From positions 21,074-85,073 of the forward strand of contig FR887775.1 in NCBI GenBank assembly GCA_000432735.1: 64,000 nt of DNA, read 5' to 3'. This document shows, in pieces, positions 39,427 to 50,201 of the stretch; within the stretch, counting starts at the first letter, position 1, and the number at the start of each line of letters is the position of its first letter. The notes below the pieces were generated by a model. It did no database searches. It was not told where the DNA came from and saw only the letters and a program-made list of their open reading frames with translations. The position numbers and the translations under genes were made by a program. Origin of the DNA: Bacteroides sp. CAG:443 (GTDB lineage: Bacteria > Bacteroidota > Bacteroidia > Bacteroidales > Bacteroidaceae).

Positions 39427-40155
39427 TCAATTTACATAAACCGTCTGAAAATACTTCTCGAAAAGTGTCCGGGCTTCCTCTAACTGTTCAGGGGTATTTT
39501 GCTTCACCTCTTTCAGCTTATACTCCAGCTTCATCGCTTCATATTTATGTACTCCCAATGTATGATACGGAAGAATTTCCACCCGTTGTATCATACGATA
39601 GTCTTTAAAATGTTCTCCTAAAGCTTCTATATCTTCACGGAAGAAACTATATCCTTGTACCAATACATAACGCAGCCAAAATGGCTTTCCATTCTCTTCC
39701 AGCCATGCTGCCGTACGAAGTGTCTGCTCATTGCTGCGCGAAGTAAGTGTTTTATGCCGCTCGTTATTAAACTCCTTTACATCGAGTAATACCAAGTCGG
39801 CAAGCGAAAAAAGCTCTTTCACATCTTCATTCCAGATTCCACCATTGGTATCAACGCAAATATGAATACCCGCCTCTTTCAGCATCCGGAACAAAGGAAT
39901 CAATGCTTTGGCCTGAAAAGTCGGCTCACCGCCGCTAAACGTAATTCCTCCTTTCTTTCCGAAAAAAGGCTTCTGGCTGACAGCCATCTTCAAAATATCT
40001 TCAGGAGCAGTTTCTTTACTCTCCCCTTTCGCATCAATTGTATCCGGGTTGGCACAATACAAGCAACGGAAATTACAGCCTTGCAAAAAAACGACAAGAC
40101 GAATACCCGGTCCGTCGTAAGTACCAAGCGATTCGTATGAATGTACTCTAATCAT
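39427..40155 (-). CDS. pflA: Pyruvate formate-lyase activating enzyme.
   Basis: FLQGCNFRCLYCANPDT radical SAM motif. 242 aa. Confidence 0.9.
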   Translation of the reverse strand: MIRVHSYESLGTYDGPGIRLVVFLQGCNFRCLYCANPDTIDAKGESKETAPEDILKMAVSQKPFFGKKGGITFSGGEPTFQAKALIPLFRMLKEAGIHICVDTNGGIWNEDVKELFSLADLVLLDVKEFNNERHKTLTSRSNEQTLRTAAWLEENGKPFWLRYVLVQGYSFFREDIEALGEHFKDYRMIQRVEILPYHTLGVHKYEAMKLEYKLKEVKQNTPEQLEEARTLFEKYFQTVYVN

Positions 40156-40250
40156 CAGTTTCAGCTTATCGGTCTAAAGAAAAAACATTTGCCGTCCAGC
40201 TCGGCGAGGAGAACGACAAATGTTTATTGATCTATTAATAATCACAAAAA

Positions 40251-42473
40251 TTACATACGTTCGTGGAAACTGCGCGAAATTACTTCCAACTGATGCTCAC
40301 GGCTCAGTTTGATGAAGTTCACAGCATAGCCCGACACACGAATAGTAAGTTGCGGATATTTTTCAGGATGCTCCATGGCATCTTCCAGCATTTCACGATT
40401 CAATACATTTACATTCAAATGGTGAGCGCCCTTGATGAAATAACCATCCATCATCGTTACAAGATTTTCTACACGATTCTCCATGTCTACACCGAGTGAT
40501 TTCGGAACGATAGAGAACGTATTACTGATACCATCCTGAGAATCACGATAACGCAATTTGGCAACAGAACTCAACGAAGCAACAGCACCATTCTTGTCGC
40601 GTCCATGCATCGGGTTGGCACCAGGAGCAAAAGCTACACCTTTAGCACGACCGTCCGGAGTAGCACCTGTCTTCTTACCATACATTACATTCGAGGTAAT
40701 AGTCAAGATAGACAAGGTAGGTTTCGCATTCTTATAAACCGGCAATTTCTTCAATTCCTCATCGAAGTAGTAAATCAGGTCTACAGCCAAGTGGTCTACA
40801 CGATCATCATCATTACCGAAGCAAGGGAATTCACCTTCAATATCGAAGCTTTCTGTCAAGCCGATATCATTACGCTTAGCAGTAACCTTCGCATATTTAA
40901 TAGCAGAAAGAGAATCGACAGCAATAGACATACCTGCTACACCATAAGCCAAGTTAATAGCCGGATTCGTGTCGACAAATGCCATCTGAGCTTTTTCATA
41001 ATAATACTTATCGTGCATGTAATGAATGATGTTCATTGCCTCATTATATACACGTGCCATCTCCTTCAAAACCTTCTTATAGTTAGCCAAAACTTCTTCG
41101 AAGTTCAGCACGTCACCAGTCAGCACCGGAATATCCTTCACCATCAATGTACCTGTATTCTCACAACGTCCACCATTGATAGCCAGCAACAAAGCTTTAG
41201 CCAGATTACAACGTGCACCGAAGAACTGAATATGACGGCCTATATCTTGATAAGATACGCAGCAAGCAATACCGTAATCATCTGAATTACGCACTTCACG
41301 CATCAAGTCGTCGTTCTCATACTGAATAGAAGAAGTGTCGATAGATACACGAGCACAGAAATCTTTAAAGCCTTCCGGCAACTGCGGACTCCACAGAACC
41401 GTCAAGTTTGGTTCTGGAGAAGGGCCGAGGTTATACAAGGTCTGCAAGAAACGGAAAGATGTCTTAGTTACTTTTGTACGACCATCGTTGAAACGGCCAC
41501 CAATAGACTCTGTCACCCAAGTAGGATCTCCGGCAAAGATATCCGTATAAGCCTGCATACGCAGGTGGCGTACCATACGCAATTTGATAACGAACTGGTC
41601 AATCAACTCCTGAGCATGTAACTCATCAAGATTGCCATGGTTCATATCATATTCTATATAAATATCAAGGAAAGATGAAACATTACCCAGTGACATAGCC
41701 GCACCATCCTGTTCCTTCACGGCTGCCAAGTAAGCCATATATACCCACTGAACAGCTTCCTGTGCTGTAGTTGCCGGACGACTCAAATCAAGTCCGTACT
41801 GCTGTCCTAACACCTTGATTTCTTTCAATGCCTTGATTTGTTCTGCAACTTCTTCACGCAAACGAATGCGTTCATCAGTCATAGGTCCCGTCAAATGGCG
41901 CAAATCATCCTGCTTTGTTTCAATCAAACGATCCAGACCATACAAAGCCAGACGACGATAGTCACCAATTATACGACCACGTGCATAGTTATCTGGCAAA
42001 CCTGTCAGGAATCCCAAAGAACGGAATGAACGAATTTCTTCCGTATATGCATCAAATACACCATCATTATGTGTCTTGCGGTAATGAGTAAAAATATCTT
42101 TTACTCTGGGATCAACCTCTACCCCATTTTCACGACATGCTTTTTCTACTACCTTAATACCTCCGAAAGGCTTGATGGCACGACGTAACACTTCGTCAGT
42201 CTGCAAACCAACAATAACCTCGTTATCCTTATCAATATATCCAGCAGCAAAAGATGTGATAGTTGAAACAGTAGAAGGATCGAGCGAGCGTACTCCGTTA
42301 TTTGCACGTTCTTCAGCCAAAGCTTCCAAACACTTATTCCATACAGCCTTTGTACGTTCAGTAGGACCAGCCAAAAATGAGGCGTCGCCTTCGTAAGGGG
42401 TTATGTTTGTCTTTACGAAATCGGTAACGTTGATTTCATGGTTCCAACGACCTTCTTTAAAATTCATTGCCAT
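40251..42473 (-). CDS. pflB: Formate C-acetyltransferase (pyruvate formate-lyase).
   Basis: 740 aa. The C-terminal glycyl-radical motif is RVSGYAVNF. It lies upstream of pflA. Confidence 0.9.
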   Translation of the reverse strand: MAMNFKEGRWNHEINVTDFVKTNITPYEGDASFLAGPTERTKAVWNKCLEALAEERANNGVRSLDPSTVSTITSFAAGYIDKDNEVIVGLQTDEVLRRAIKPFGGIKVVEKACRENGVEVDPRVKDIFTHYRKTHNDGVFDAYTEEIRSFRSLGFLTGLPDNYARGRIIGDYRRLALYGLDRLIETKQDDLRHLTGPMTDERIRLREEVAEQIKALKEIKVLGQQYGLDLSRPATTAQEAVQWVYMAYLAAVKEQDGAAMSLGNVSSFLDIYIEYDMNHGNLDELHAQELIDQFVIKLRMVRHLRMQAYTDIFAGDPTWVTESIGGRFNDGRTKVTKTSFRFLQTLYNLGPSPEPNLTVLWSPQLPEGFKDFCARVSIDTSSIQYENDDLMREVRNSDDYGIACCVSYQDIGRHIQFFGARCNLAKALLLAINGGRCENTGTLMVKDIPVLTGDVLNFEEVLANYKKVLKEMARVYNEAMNIIHYMHDKYYYEKAQMAFVDTNPAINLAYGVAGMSIAVDSLSAIKYAKVTAKRNDIGLTESFDIEGEFPCFGNDDDRVDHLAVDLIYYFDEELKKLPVYKNAKPTLSILTITSNVMYGKKTGATPDGRAKGVAFAPGANPMHGRDKNGAVASLSSVAKLRYRDSQDGISNTFSIVPKSLGVDMENRVENLVTMMDGYFIKGAHHLNVNVLNREMLEDAMEHPEKYPQLTIRVSGYAVNFIKLSREHQLEVISRSFHERM

Positions 42474-42816
42474 AATCGATAATTTAATCTAGTTCTAATT
42501 CTATTTGAAAACCGAGTGCAAAGATAGCCAATAAACACAAATTACACAATACCTAAAATTAGTGATATTATTAATTTGTAATAATTACAAAACACGTATT
42601 AATAATTTAATAAGATGTGACCATTCCTTATATTAAACAGAAGGTACATAATTGAAGAAAAAAAATAAAATTCTTAACCAGTTTAGAATCAGAAAACTAT
42701 CCAAACTGCATCACAGACAGCATAAAAAAAGTATTGCAAAAGTTTGCACAAATCAAAAAATCCCTCTATCTTCGCACCGCGTTTGAGAGAAAACGCAATC
42801 AGAAACTACGGAAACT

Positions 42817-42903
42817 GGAAGTTTGGGTGAGTGGCTGAAACCAGCAGTTTGCTAAACTGCCGTACGGGTTACCGTACCGGGGGTTCGAATCCCCCAGCTT
42901 CCG
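42817..42903 (+). tRNA. tRNA-Ser (anticodon GCT), class II with a long variable arm.
   Basis: Hand-folded. Acceptor GGAAGTT/AGCTTCC. The anticodon stem GCAGT/ACTGC carries loop TTGCTAA. Variable arm CGTACGG-GTTA-CCGTACG. T-arm GGGGG-TTCGAAT-CCCCC. Confidence 0.85.
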
Positions 42904-42925
42904 CTTCAGTTTCGATGATCAAAAT

Positions 42926-42998
42926 GGCGCTTTCGTCTAGTGGCCTAGGACGCGGCCCTCTCACGGCTGAAACACGGGTTCGATTCCCGTATGCGCTA
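42926..42998 (+). tRNA. tRNA-Glu (anticodon CTC).
   Basis: Hand-folded. D-arm TCGTCTAGTGGCCTAGGAC. The anticodon stem CGGCC/GGCTG carries loop CTCTCAC. T-arm ACGGG-TTCGATT-CCCGT. The acceptor stem has one U-U mismatch as folded. Confidence 0.65.
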
Positions 42999-43005
42999 CC
43001 TTTTT

Positions 43006-43092
43006 GGAAGTTTGGGTGAGTGGCTGAAACCAGCAGTTTGCTAAACTGCCGTACGGGTTACCGTACCGGGGGTTCGAATCCCCCAGCTTCCG
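43006..43092 (+). tRNA. tRNA-Ser (anticodon GCT), exact duplicate of 42817-42903.
   Basis: Identical over 87 nt to the first copy. Confidence 0.85.
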
Positions 43093-43207
43093 CAGAGAGA
43101 TTAATCAAGCATTGTAGTCAATTGGCTATAGTGCTTTTTTTATTTCCCCTAAGAGATACATTTCATACTGCAAGCAAGCCAAGCTCGGATCAACGTAACA
43201 AGGGTCA

Positions 43208-44613
43208 GTAGAAATTTAGTGGGGATATCCATACAACATCGCAATTCTGAAAAGGAAGAACCTTTTGCCAGTTATCCCCGCGCAGATTTGCTCTGAAGAG
43301 TTTAATTTTGGCATTGAATGATTCCGCAGCAGCGTTAGACGAGCGGTTATTGTCGAAGTTCAGGATTTCATCATAATGTTCATAGAAAGTAGCTGCAATG
43401 ATGTGGAACTATTTCATTCCAGCAGCCTCTACCTTGTTGTACCATCTGGCCATACTTAACTTTGCAGCATCCTTGACAGTGTTCTTTGAGAATATCATTC
43501 TCAGTGAATGTGACAGACCATAGGCGATTTTAATATCAGGATATTCCTTAAAAGAGGATTCTGGCCCTCTCTTTCTATTTTTCAGTCCACTTGTCAGTGG
43601 ATTTAAACAGCAGATGGCAGCTTCTAATGAGCAATTCCGGACGTGTGTCTCCGTTAGAGAAGCGAAACGGTACATAGGGAATACCGGAGTGTTTGCATTC
43701 TTCCATTTCCTCGTTGTTTTGTTGCAAGGCATCTCAACGGTGTGCCACACGAAGCTCCAGCACAGCCTCGCAGGCCAGTTTCTGTATATGGAAACGGTCG
43801 ATAACTCTTTAGACCTTGGGAAAGGGCGTAGAAACAATTCTGCGCATCGAATCGGAAAGATCAAGGGTCACTTCCTCCACTTTCATGCGCTCTTCCACGT
43901 CTATCCGTCTTAGTACTTGTATGACGTCTTCTGATTTTGTACCGGAAACGACTGCTACCAAGCTTCCCTCATGGGTGTGTCGGTCACGGTTGGTGACGAA
44001 CGTATACAGCTAGCCGTCAGACAGGGAAGACTCATCTATGGCAAGATGAGAACCTGTGTTTTCAGGGAACAACAGCCATTTCTCGGGGTGACCAAGCTGT
44101 TCCCAGCGACGGAAACCGCTTAGCATTTCCTTGTACTGCTTTTCAAAAGTATGCGCGTTTATGTGGTAGAACGTTTCAAGCGTACGGCAGGTCACTGGGG
44201 ATGTCTCCATACGTTTCTTAAAAACAACGAACTTCTTGGAGTAAGGGGTACCTTTACACACTATTTCAAGGTTGATGGGGATGCTGAAACTCATACCGGT
44301 GCGCAGGTTGTCCATCTTCTGCGGCGTACAACCAATATGACCTTGTGGTCATGGATTGGGAAATCGGTAACATTTACAGGTTCCATAAAACCCTTGGGCT
44401 CAAAATGAACATCACAAGACAAACTCGGATTCATCAGTTCATCAAGGTGAATGTGAATCTCGGTTGAAGGCTGTTCAACATTTACTATCTCAAAATAATC
44501 CAGTATTTCCGAAGGTAGCACAATACGGGCTAGAATCTCCAATTGATTCGTTTCCATAAGGCAAAGTTCGGAATTCCTATAGAACTGAAAAACAAATCCC
44601 CACTAAATTTCTC
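43208..44613. mobile_element. Degenerate ISL3-family-like insertion sequence (about 1.4 kb) bounded by 17-19 bp terminal inverted repeats.
   Basis: The left terminal inverted repeat GTAGAAATTTAGTGGGGAT is at 43208-43226. The right terminal inverted repeat ATCCCCACTAAATTTCTCC is at 44595-44613. The interior holds frameshifted transposase fragments. No clean target duplication is seen. Confidence 0.6.
43235..44557 (-). pseudogene. Transposase pseudogene (ISL3-like) split into at least three frames.
   Basis: ORF fragments at 44291..44557, 44010..44315 and 43409..43864. The C-terminal tail ...SSNAAAESFNAKIKLFRANLRGITGKRFFLFRIAML resembles the ISL3 C-terminal signature (NG..EG.NNKIK...R.AYGFRNF..FR.RIL). 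Confidence 0.55.
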
Positions 44614-44886
44614 CTGAGCCATTAATAAGATATAGCAGATTAAGCGTATTACTAAAGAGCTACGACATCTTATTATTATTTAAAAGAATTATTGAATTTT
44701 ACTGTTGGGCAACAAGATAGCCCTTCTGTAAATGTTACTGCAATGGCTGTACTTAGAGTTCCGTCAAACGATTGTAAACGATTATAATTGTACTATTATG
44801 TTTTTTAAATCTATCACAAAAATACGACCTTTCTCCGAAAGGTACTAAAGGTTAAACGAAAAAATACCCCTTGCTGACATTATAAA

Positions 44887-46209
44887 TCAATAGCGCTTAC
44901 GGATGTGTGAGTGAGGTTGCATCCATTGTCCGCATTTCTCACAATATTCGTCGGGATAAGGAGTGCCAGTGTAATTAGGACGGTAATAAATTGTCTCAAT
45001 ATAGTCGTTGTGCCGCACGTTCTGTTGTGATGATTGGCTACGATATTGCGACTCTACCTCCCGATGGGCCTGCATGTAGGCTTCGGCTTCGCCGGGTAGC
45101 CAGGTCTTGGTAAAACTGGTAAAGCCTGTTCCCTTGCATGTGCCGCAACATCCGGTAGCCCCACAGGCCGGGCAGGGCATATATCGGTTGATAGCGTAAT
45201 AGCCGTTACCTGTACCCATACAAATGTTGCATTTCAACGAACCCTGACAAGAATAGCACCGCATGTTTTGCGTGATGGTGCACGATCCATCGGGGTGTTG
45301 CCACATGTGCATATTGCCCGCATAGCCTAAATTAAAGTAGTAATATTTATCGCCTTCTTGTTCGTTTTGCGGTGACTGGGGTTGAGGTCGTGCAGCCACG
45401 GCGTTTGTTGTGGTGTAAGAGGCCATAGCCGGATAACCGCCGCCAAGATAGGCAATATTTTGCGATTTATCCCATCGTTGCTGTATGAAGTTACCTACAT
45501 CCTGGGGGTTAACCTGGTAAGTTTGCGTACGTCCGTTATTGGCGCGGTATTTGCAATACACTACAAAGTACTTGCCGGCTGCATACTCAATAGACTGGAT
45601 GTTGTAGCCCTGGTCCCATACCTTTGACTTGATTTTTGACTGCAAAATGTCTGTGTCAGAAGCCCACAGGTATCCCTGTGCTATATAGGGGGCGTATTTG
45701 CTCATCACTATCGTCCAGTTAGTGCCATTATAGGCCGTTCCGGTAATGTAGAAGTTTTCATCCCATTTCTGTTTTATCCAGGTAGCCAGTTTGTCAATCG
45801 TATCACGGTTCCAACTTTGTTCGGAATAATCGGCATGTTTTGACATTACAACGACCCACTGCTTATTGCCATAGGCGATAGAAGTAAGATAATAGTCTTC
45901 CTCCCAATTGTTTTTTATCCAGCTGCTTGGCCATGCCTCAGATACATTATAAGTCTGTTGCCCGATACCGGTACCAGTAGCCATTGTTACAAACCATCCA
46001 TGGTCTGTGTAGGCTACCGATGTTATACGCTTGCCCTTATCCCAACAGGCTTTTATTTTTGTTCCTTGCAGGGCATTTCCTGCACCTGCGTAAAACCACT
46101 CTTGCTGATCGTAGGGCAGGTTTGATTCGGCTATTACAATGGTTTTTTCTTGCGACAGGCAGGGAGGCGCCATTAAGAATATCAACAGGAGAAAAAGAAG
46201 ATTTTTCAT
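44887..46209 (-). CDS. Secreted protein with 4-5 tandem 45-48-aa repeats and a C-terminal DnaJ-type zinc-finger (four CxxCxGxG motifs).
   Basis: Signal peptide MKNLLFLLLIFLMAPPCLSQ starts at an internal Met of the ORF-track ORF. The repeats follow IK..W[DE]...Y[IL]TS[IV]AY....W.[VI]VMSK...Y..Q. The CR-like segment is CYSCQGSLKCNICMGTGNGYY...CPACGATGCCGTCKGTGF. Confidence 0.6.
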   Translation of the reverse strand: MKNLLFLLLIFLMAPPCLSQEKTIVIAESNLPYDQQEWFYAGAGNALQGTKIKACWDKGKRITSVAYTDHGWFVTMATGTGIGQQTYNVSEAWPSSWIKNNWEEDYYLTSIAYGNKQWVVVMSKHADYSEQSWNRDTIDKLATWIKQKWDENFYITGTAYNGTNWTIVMSKYAPYIAQGYLWASDTDILQSKIKSKVWDQGYNIQSIEYAAGKYFVVYCKYRANNGRTQTYQVNPQDVGNFIQQRWDKSQNIAYLGGGYPAMASYTTTNAVAARPQPQSPQNEQEGDKYYYFNLGYAGNMHMWQHPDGSCTITQNMRCYSCQGSLKCNICMGTGNGYYAINRYMPCPACGATGCCGTCKGTGFTSFTKTWLPGEAEAYMQAHREVESQYRSQSSQQNVRHNDYIETIYYRPNYTGTPYPDEYCEKCGQWMQPHSHIRKRY

Positions 46210-46700
46210 AACGCACAATAAGATAAAAATTAGACTTAATATCATAAAAGGCGGGCGCAGAAAGATAAGTTTACTCGATTCTATGCCGAGCCACATCCTA
46301 TTTTATTCAAAGATAACAAAATGCTCTGTCATAACAAATAATATACCGAGAAAAATCTCGTAAATCCTTGCTATAAGATTAACAATTTATATATATGTTA
46401 ATGATACAATTCAATACACTCAATGTAGTCCACGTTATAGTTCTCATCGGCATGCAAAAAAAAACTACCAATACTTTTTTATCATTCATGTTGCTTTGTC
46501 CTTTCTTTGCATTGTCTTGTGCACACAATGTCAATGGCAGAAAACTCATTAGCATTGCGCACAGTGTTATCAGTTTTGCTTTCATACAATTTAAGCTAAA
46601 GATGGAACAGATGAGCAAACAAAATGCTGCTCACGCTTGGCAATCCACCAGCGGCTGTCCAATTTGACATATTTATCATGATAGCACATGGCATACAAGA

Positions 46701-47027
46701 TCAGCTTGTCCTTACTATTTTCTTCGGTGCCCAGGGTGGCAATAGCATAACAGATACAGTGACATGCGTTTCGTCCATGAAATCCACAACCTGTTGCCCA
46801 TTTTGGTGGAACGAGGCCTTTGCCGTGCCGAAAGTCTTGTATTGGATAATCATATCCTCCACATTATTGATGTCCATACTCAAATTTTCTCCAAGATAGA
46901 CTTTCAGTTTGATTTCCGGGCAGAAAATTTCGCAATAATAATCCTGATTATTCTTGTCCGATTCTGTGGCATAGCGATCTATTAAGTCTTTCAACGCCAT
47001 GCGGTCTTGCCATTCTTGTTGAGTCAT
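46701..47027 (-). CDS. NTF2-like small protein.
   Basis: 108-aa ORF with NTF2/SnoaL-like character. It has no signal peptide. Confidence 0.45.
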   Translation of the reverse strand: MTQQEWQDRMALKDLIDRYATESDKNNQDYYCEIFCPEIKLKVYLGENLSMDINNVEDMIIQYKTFGTAKASFHQNGQQVVDFMDETHVTVSVMLLPPWAPKKIVRTS

Positions 47028-47258
47028 AACTATATTTATTTTAGTTAATTTTTTAATTTACTGCAAAGGTAGTCTGTCAGTGAAAAATAGATTTTTGTCA
47101 ATCAAACCGAAACTTGCTCAAATCAAACAATCTTATTTTTATCTACATATTCCAACTATCTTTTCAAGATCCTTTTGATCCGACGATTTAAAGTCCGACA
47201 GAATGCCGTTACATATACTTTTTCCGCCATGATAGAGGAATGAATTGTCAGCAACTTT

Positions 47259-48944
47259 TTGTATCTTCGCAAACAAACTAATAAACAATCAATTATGAGA
47301 AAAAAGATGATTAACCTTTCGGCATCATTATTGGGAGTCGTAGCTGTAACTGCAACATTATTCTCTTGCAGTAATCAACAACAAGAGTCTCCCCTGAAAG
47401 CCAAAGTAGAAGAGTATGCCCGTGTAGAATTAAAATCCGACCTTGTAAACAACCTGAATGACAAGGAAAAGGAATTAGTAAGAATATTCTTTCAGGTAGG
47501 AGAAATCACCGACAATCTTTTCTGGAAGCAGACCTTTGGTGACAAGAGCCAGCTCGATACCATCACCGACAGCTATGCGAAAGAATTTGCCATGATTCAA
47601 TATGGGGCGTGGGACCGTCTTGACAATAACAAACCATTCCTGGCTGGATATGGTGAAAAACCGGCAGTATGCAATTATTATCCACATGACATTACAGCAG
47701 AAGAGTTCGACGCATTCGAAGACGCTAACAAAAACTCATGGTACACCGTTATCCGAAGGAATGAAGATGGTTCTCTCAAAAGCGTCTGGTATCATGAAGC
47801 CTATGCCGAAGAAATAGGACACATCTGTACTTTATTGGAGAAAGCAGTGACATTGGCAGAAGATCCGGGCTTGAAGAACTACCTTGAAAAGCGTATCGAG
47901 GCATTTAAGACAGATGATTATCTGGAAAGCGACCTTGCATGGATGGACATGAAAGATAGCAAGATAGATTTCGTAACAGGTCCTATTGAAAGTTACGACG
48001 ACAAGTTCCAGGAAACTAAAGCTTCGTACGAGTCGTTCATCCTATTGAAAGATGAAGCAAGAAGCAAAGACCTTGCTAAGTTCGTATCCATGCTTCCAGC
48101 TCTCCAGAAAGAGTTGCCTTGCGCACCAGAATACAAAACATTTGTTCCGGGTACGTCATCCGACCTGAATGTATATGATGCTGTGTACTATGCAGGCGAC
48201 TGTAACGCCGGCAGTAAGACTATCGCGATTAATCTGCCGAACGATGAAAGAGTACACGCATTGAAAGGTACCCGCCGTTTGCAACTAAGAAACTCCATGA
48301 AAGCAAAATTTGATAAAATTCTTATGCCTATCGGACAACTTATCGTAACCCCTGAACAGCAGAAATATCTTAATTTCGACGCATTCTTCTGGAATGTTAC
48401 CTTCCATGAAGTTGCACATGGACTGGGTGTCAAGCAGACCATCAACACCAACGAAAGTGTGGATGCCGTGATGGGTACAGAAAAGACATCGTGGGAAGAG
48501 GCTAAAGCAGATATCTTAGGTCTGTTTATGGTAACCAAACTCATCGAAATGGGTGAAATTACAAATATTACGGCCGAAGACGCCATTACTACCTATATTG
48601 CAGGTATCTTGCGTTCCGTAAGATTTGGAGCTGCGTCATCTCATGGAAAAGCCAACATGATGTGCTTCAACTACATGGAGAAAGCTGGAGCATTTTCGCG
48701 TGATGCTAAAGAGCAGTATGTTATAGATTTCGAAAAAGCAAAAGAAGCTATGAACGGCTGGGCTGCACTAATCCTCCAGACACAAGGAGACGGTAATATA
48801 GAATTCGCAACGAAGTACAGAGCCGAAAACGGTGGAATCACTCCTGCCCTTCAGGCAGATCTTAACAAAATCAATGAAGCAGGCATACCACGTGATATTA
48901 CATTTATCCAAGGTGTAGATGTCCTTTTAGGAGAAACCAAATAA
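47259..48944 (+). CDS. Zinc metallopeptidase lipoprotein, M49 (dipeptidyl-peptidase III)-like.
   Basis: Lipoprotein signal (TATLFSCSNQ). FHEVAHGLG (HExxH) followed about 45 aa later by EEAKADILG (the EExxAE/D second zinc-ligand motif of M49). Confidence 0.55.
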   Translation: MYLRKQTNKQSIMRKKMINLSASLLGVVAVTATLFSCSNQQQESPLKAKVEEYARVELKSDLVNNLNDKEKELVRIFFQVGEITDNLFWKQTFGDKSQLDTITDSYAKEFAMIQYGAWDRLDNNKPFLAGYGEKPAVCNYYPHDITAEEFDAFEDANKNSWYTVIRRNEDGSLKSVWYHEAYAEEIGHICTLLEKAVTLAEDPGLKNYLEKRIEAFKTDDYLESDLAWMDMKDSKIDFVTGPIESYDDKFQETKASYESFILLKDEARSKDLAKFVSMLPALQKELPCAPEYKTFVPGTSSDLNVYDAVYYAGDCNAGSKTIAINLPNDERVHALKGTRRLQLRNSMKAKFDKILMPIGQLIVTPEQQKYLNFDAFFWNVTFHEVAHGLGVKQTINTNESVDAVMGTEKTSWEEAKADILGLFMVTKLIEMGEITNITAEDAITTYIAGILRSVRFGAASSHGKANMMCFNYMEKAGAFSRDAKEQYVIDFEKAKEAMNGWAALILQTQGDGNIEFATKYRAENGGITPALQADLNKINEAGIPRDITFIQGVDVLLGETK

Positions 48945-49218
48945 TCAGATAACTATTTCATACTTCATTCATGAAAAACTGTGTTCCAACGATCATCATG
49001 CAAAGGATCAGTTGAAGTATATTAAAAAAGCAGTGTTGCATTAGTTATAAGAGCCGCAGGTATTGCAATCAATCAGACTGGAATGTATAAAAGCAGTAGG
49101 CTGTTCACCATTGGTCTATCAGAATATGAAATACTCTATTATTCTGCCTAATGGGAACAGCCCCTGCTTTATTTTTATACAAATACGAAATATTTTGGTA
49201 TATACACCCGCAATTACA

Positions 49219-50196
49219 TCAAGCAGAGAATTGCCTTCTGATCAATTTCAAGCACCCCCAAAAAGGAGAAACCAAGTTTCCCCACAGATTATTTGCCAAG
49301 TATAATCCTTTCCCTGGTAGCCCGAATTGTCGTTTTTCCAAAGGCAATTCATCAGAAGTATGCAGGGTTCCAAACATGAAATCCCATAATGCCAGTCTGG
49401 ATCCATAATTACTATGACAAAATTTACCTTTCTTATCATGATGCATTTGATGCTGATAAGGACTCATAAAAACATGTTCAAGAAGTTTAGGGTATCGCAA
49501 CGGCACATGAGAATGACGCAGATTGGCACCCGCCACAAAAAATACAAAACTAAAGGCATTAACCCCTAAAATAGTAGCCCTCACCAATACTGTATTATTA
49601 CAATAGTAGAAAACGCCAGTTACCAGGACAAAAGCCAAAAATCCCTGAAGATTCTGCAAAATCATTTCTACCGGATGCATACGATAAAGCGTAAAAGGAT
49701 TCATCGTATCGGCCGAATGATGCACTTTATGAAACTCCCATAAATATCTATTACGATGCAACAAATAATGTGTGACGTAAATGGAAAAATCCTTAACAAG
49801 AAAGAGAACTATAGGATAAAGATACATCACAACATAAGCCGACAGATGTATGGATGGAGTTCCCAGCCACGATGTCATTTTCATGCTGAGTAAGTAAGCA
49901 AGCATATTTCCGCTTACTAAAAAAGGAATGACAAAAATAGCTTTACAGACTCCACATATCAAAAACAGACTATAATCCGTTTTTGCGGAACGACTCCACC
50001 AATATTCTTTCTTAAAAATTTCTCTTATACTATTTCTGAATGAGAATTTAAGAACATACATATACCATATACAAGCCAGTATCCCCGAAATAAGCAAATA
50101 TACCCACGCAATTCTTCTGCCCGGATCAAATAAATAGGAAACAGGTCCGACAATTCCTTCTCGAAAAAGATATTCTATACTTTCTACCATATTCAA
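49219..50196 (-). CDS. Fatty-acid hydroxylase / sterol desaturase-superfamily integral membrane di-iron enzyme.
   Basis: Multiple TM helices. His boxes HYLLHRNRYLWEFHKVHHS and HQMHHD. It is the last gene of the 62459-49219 operon. Confidence 0.75.
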   Translation of the reverse strand: MNMVESIEYLFREGIVGPVSYLFDPGRRIAWVYLLISGILACIWYMYVLKFSFRNSIREIFKKEYWWSRSAKTDYSLFLICGVCKAIFVIPFLVSGNMLAYLLSMKMTSWLGTPSIHLSAYVVMYLYPIVLFLVKDFSIYVTHYLLHRNRYLWEFHKVHHSADTMNPFTLYRMHPVEMILQNLQGFLAFVLVTGVFYYCNNTVLVRATILGVNAFSFVFFVAGANLRHSHVPLRYPKLLEHVFMSPYQHQMHHDKKGKFCHSNYGSRLALWDFMFGTLHTSDELPLEKRQFGLPGKGLYLANNLWGNLVSPFWGCLKLIRRQFSA

Positions 50197-50201
50197 ACGA
50201 T

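Noticed and set aside
40605-41285. 226-aa ORF antisense to pflB
   Set aside because: pflB is unambiguous (glycyl radical motif, full length), so the antisense frame is spurious.
42831-43211. Two near-identical 62/63-aa ORFs (MAETSSLLNCRTGYRTGGSNPPASA...)
   Set aside because: They are translations of the two identical tRNA-Ser genes and their flanks. They are RNA genes, not proteins.
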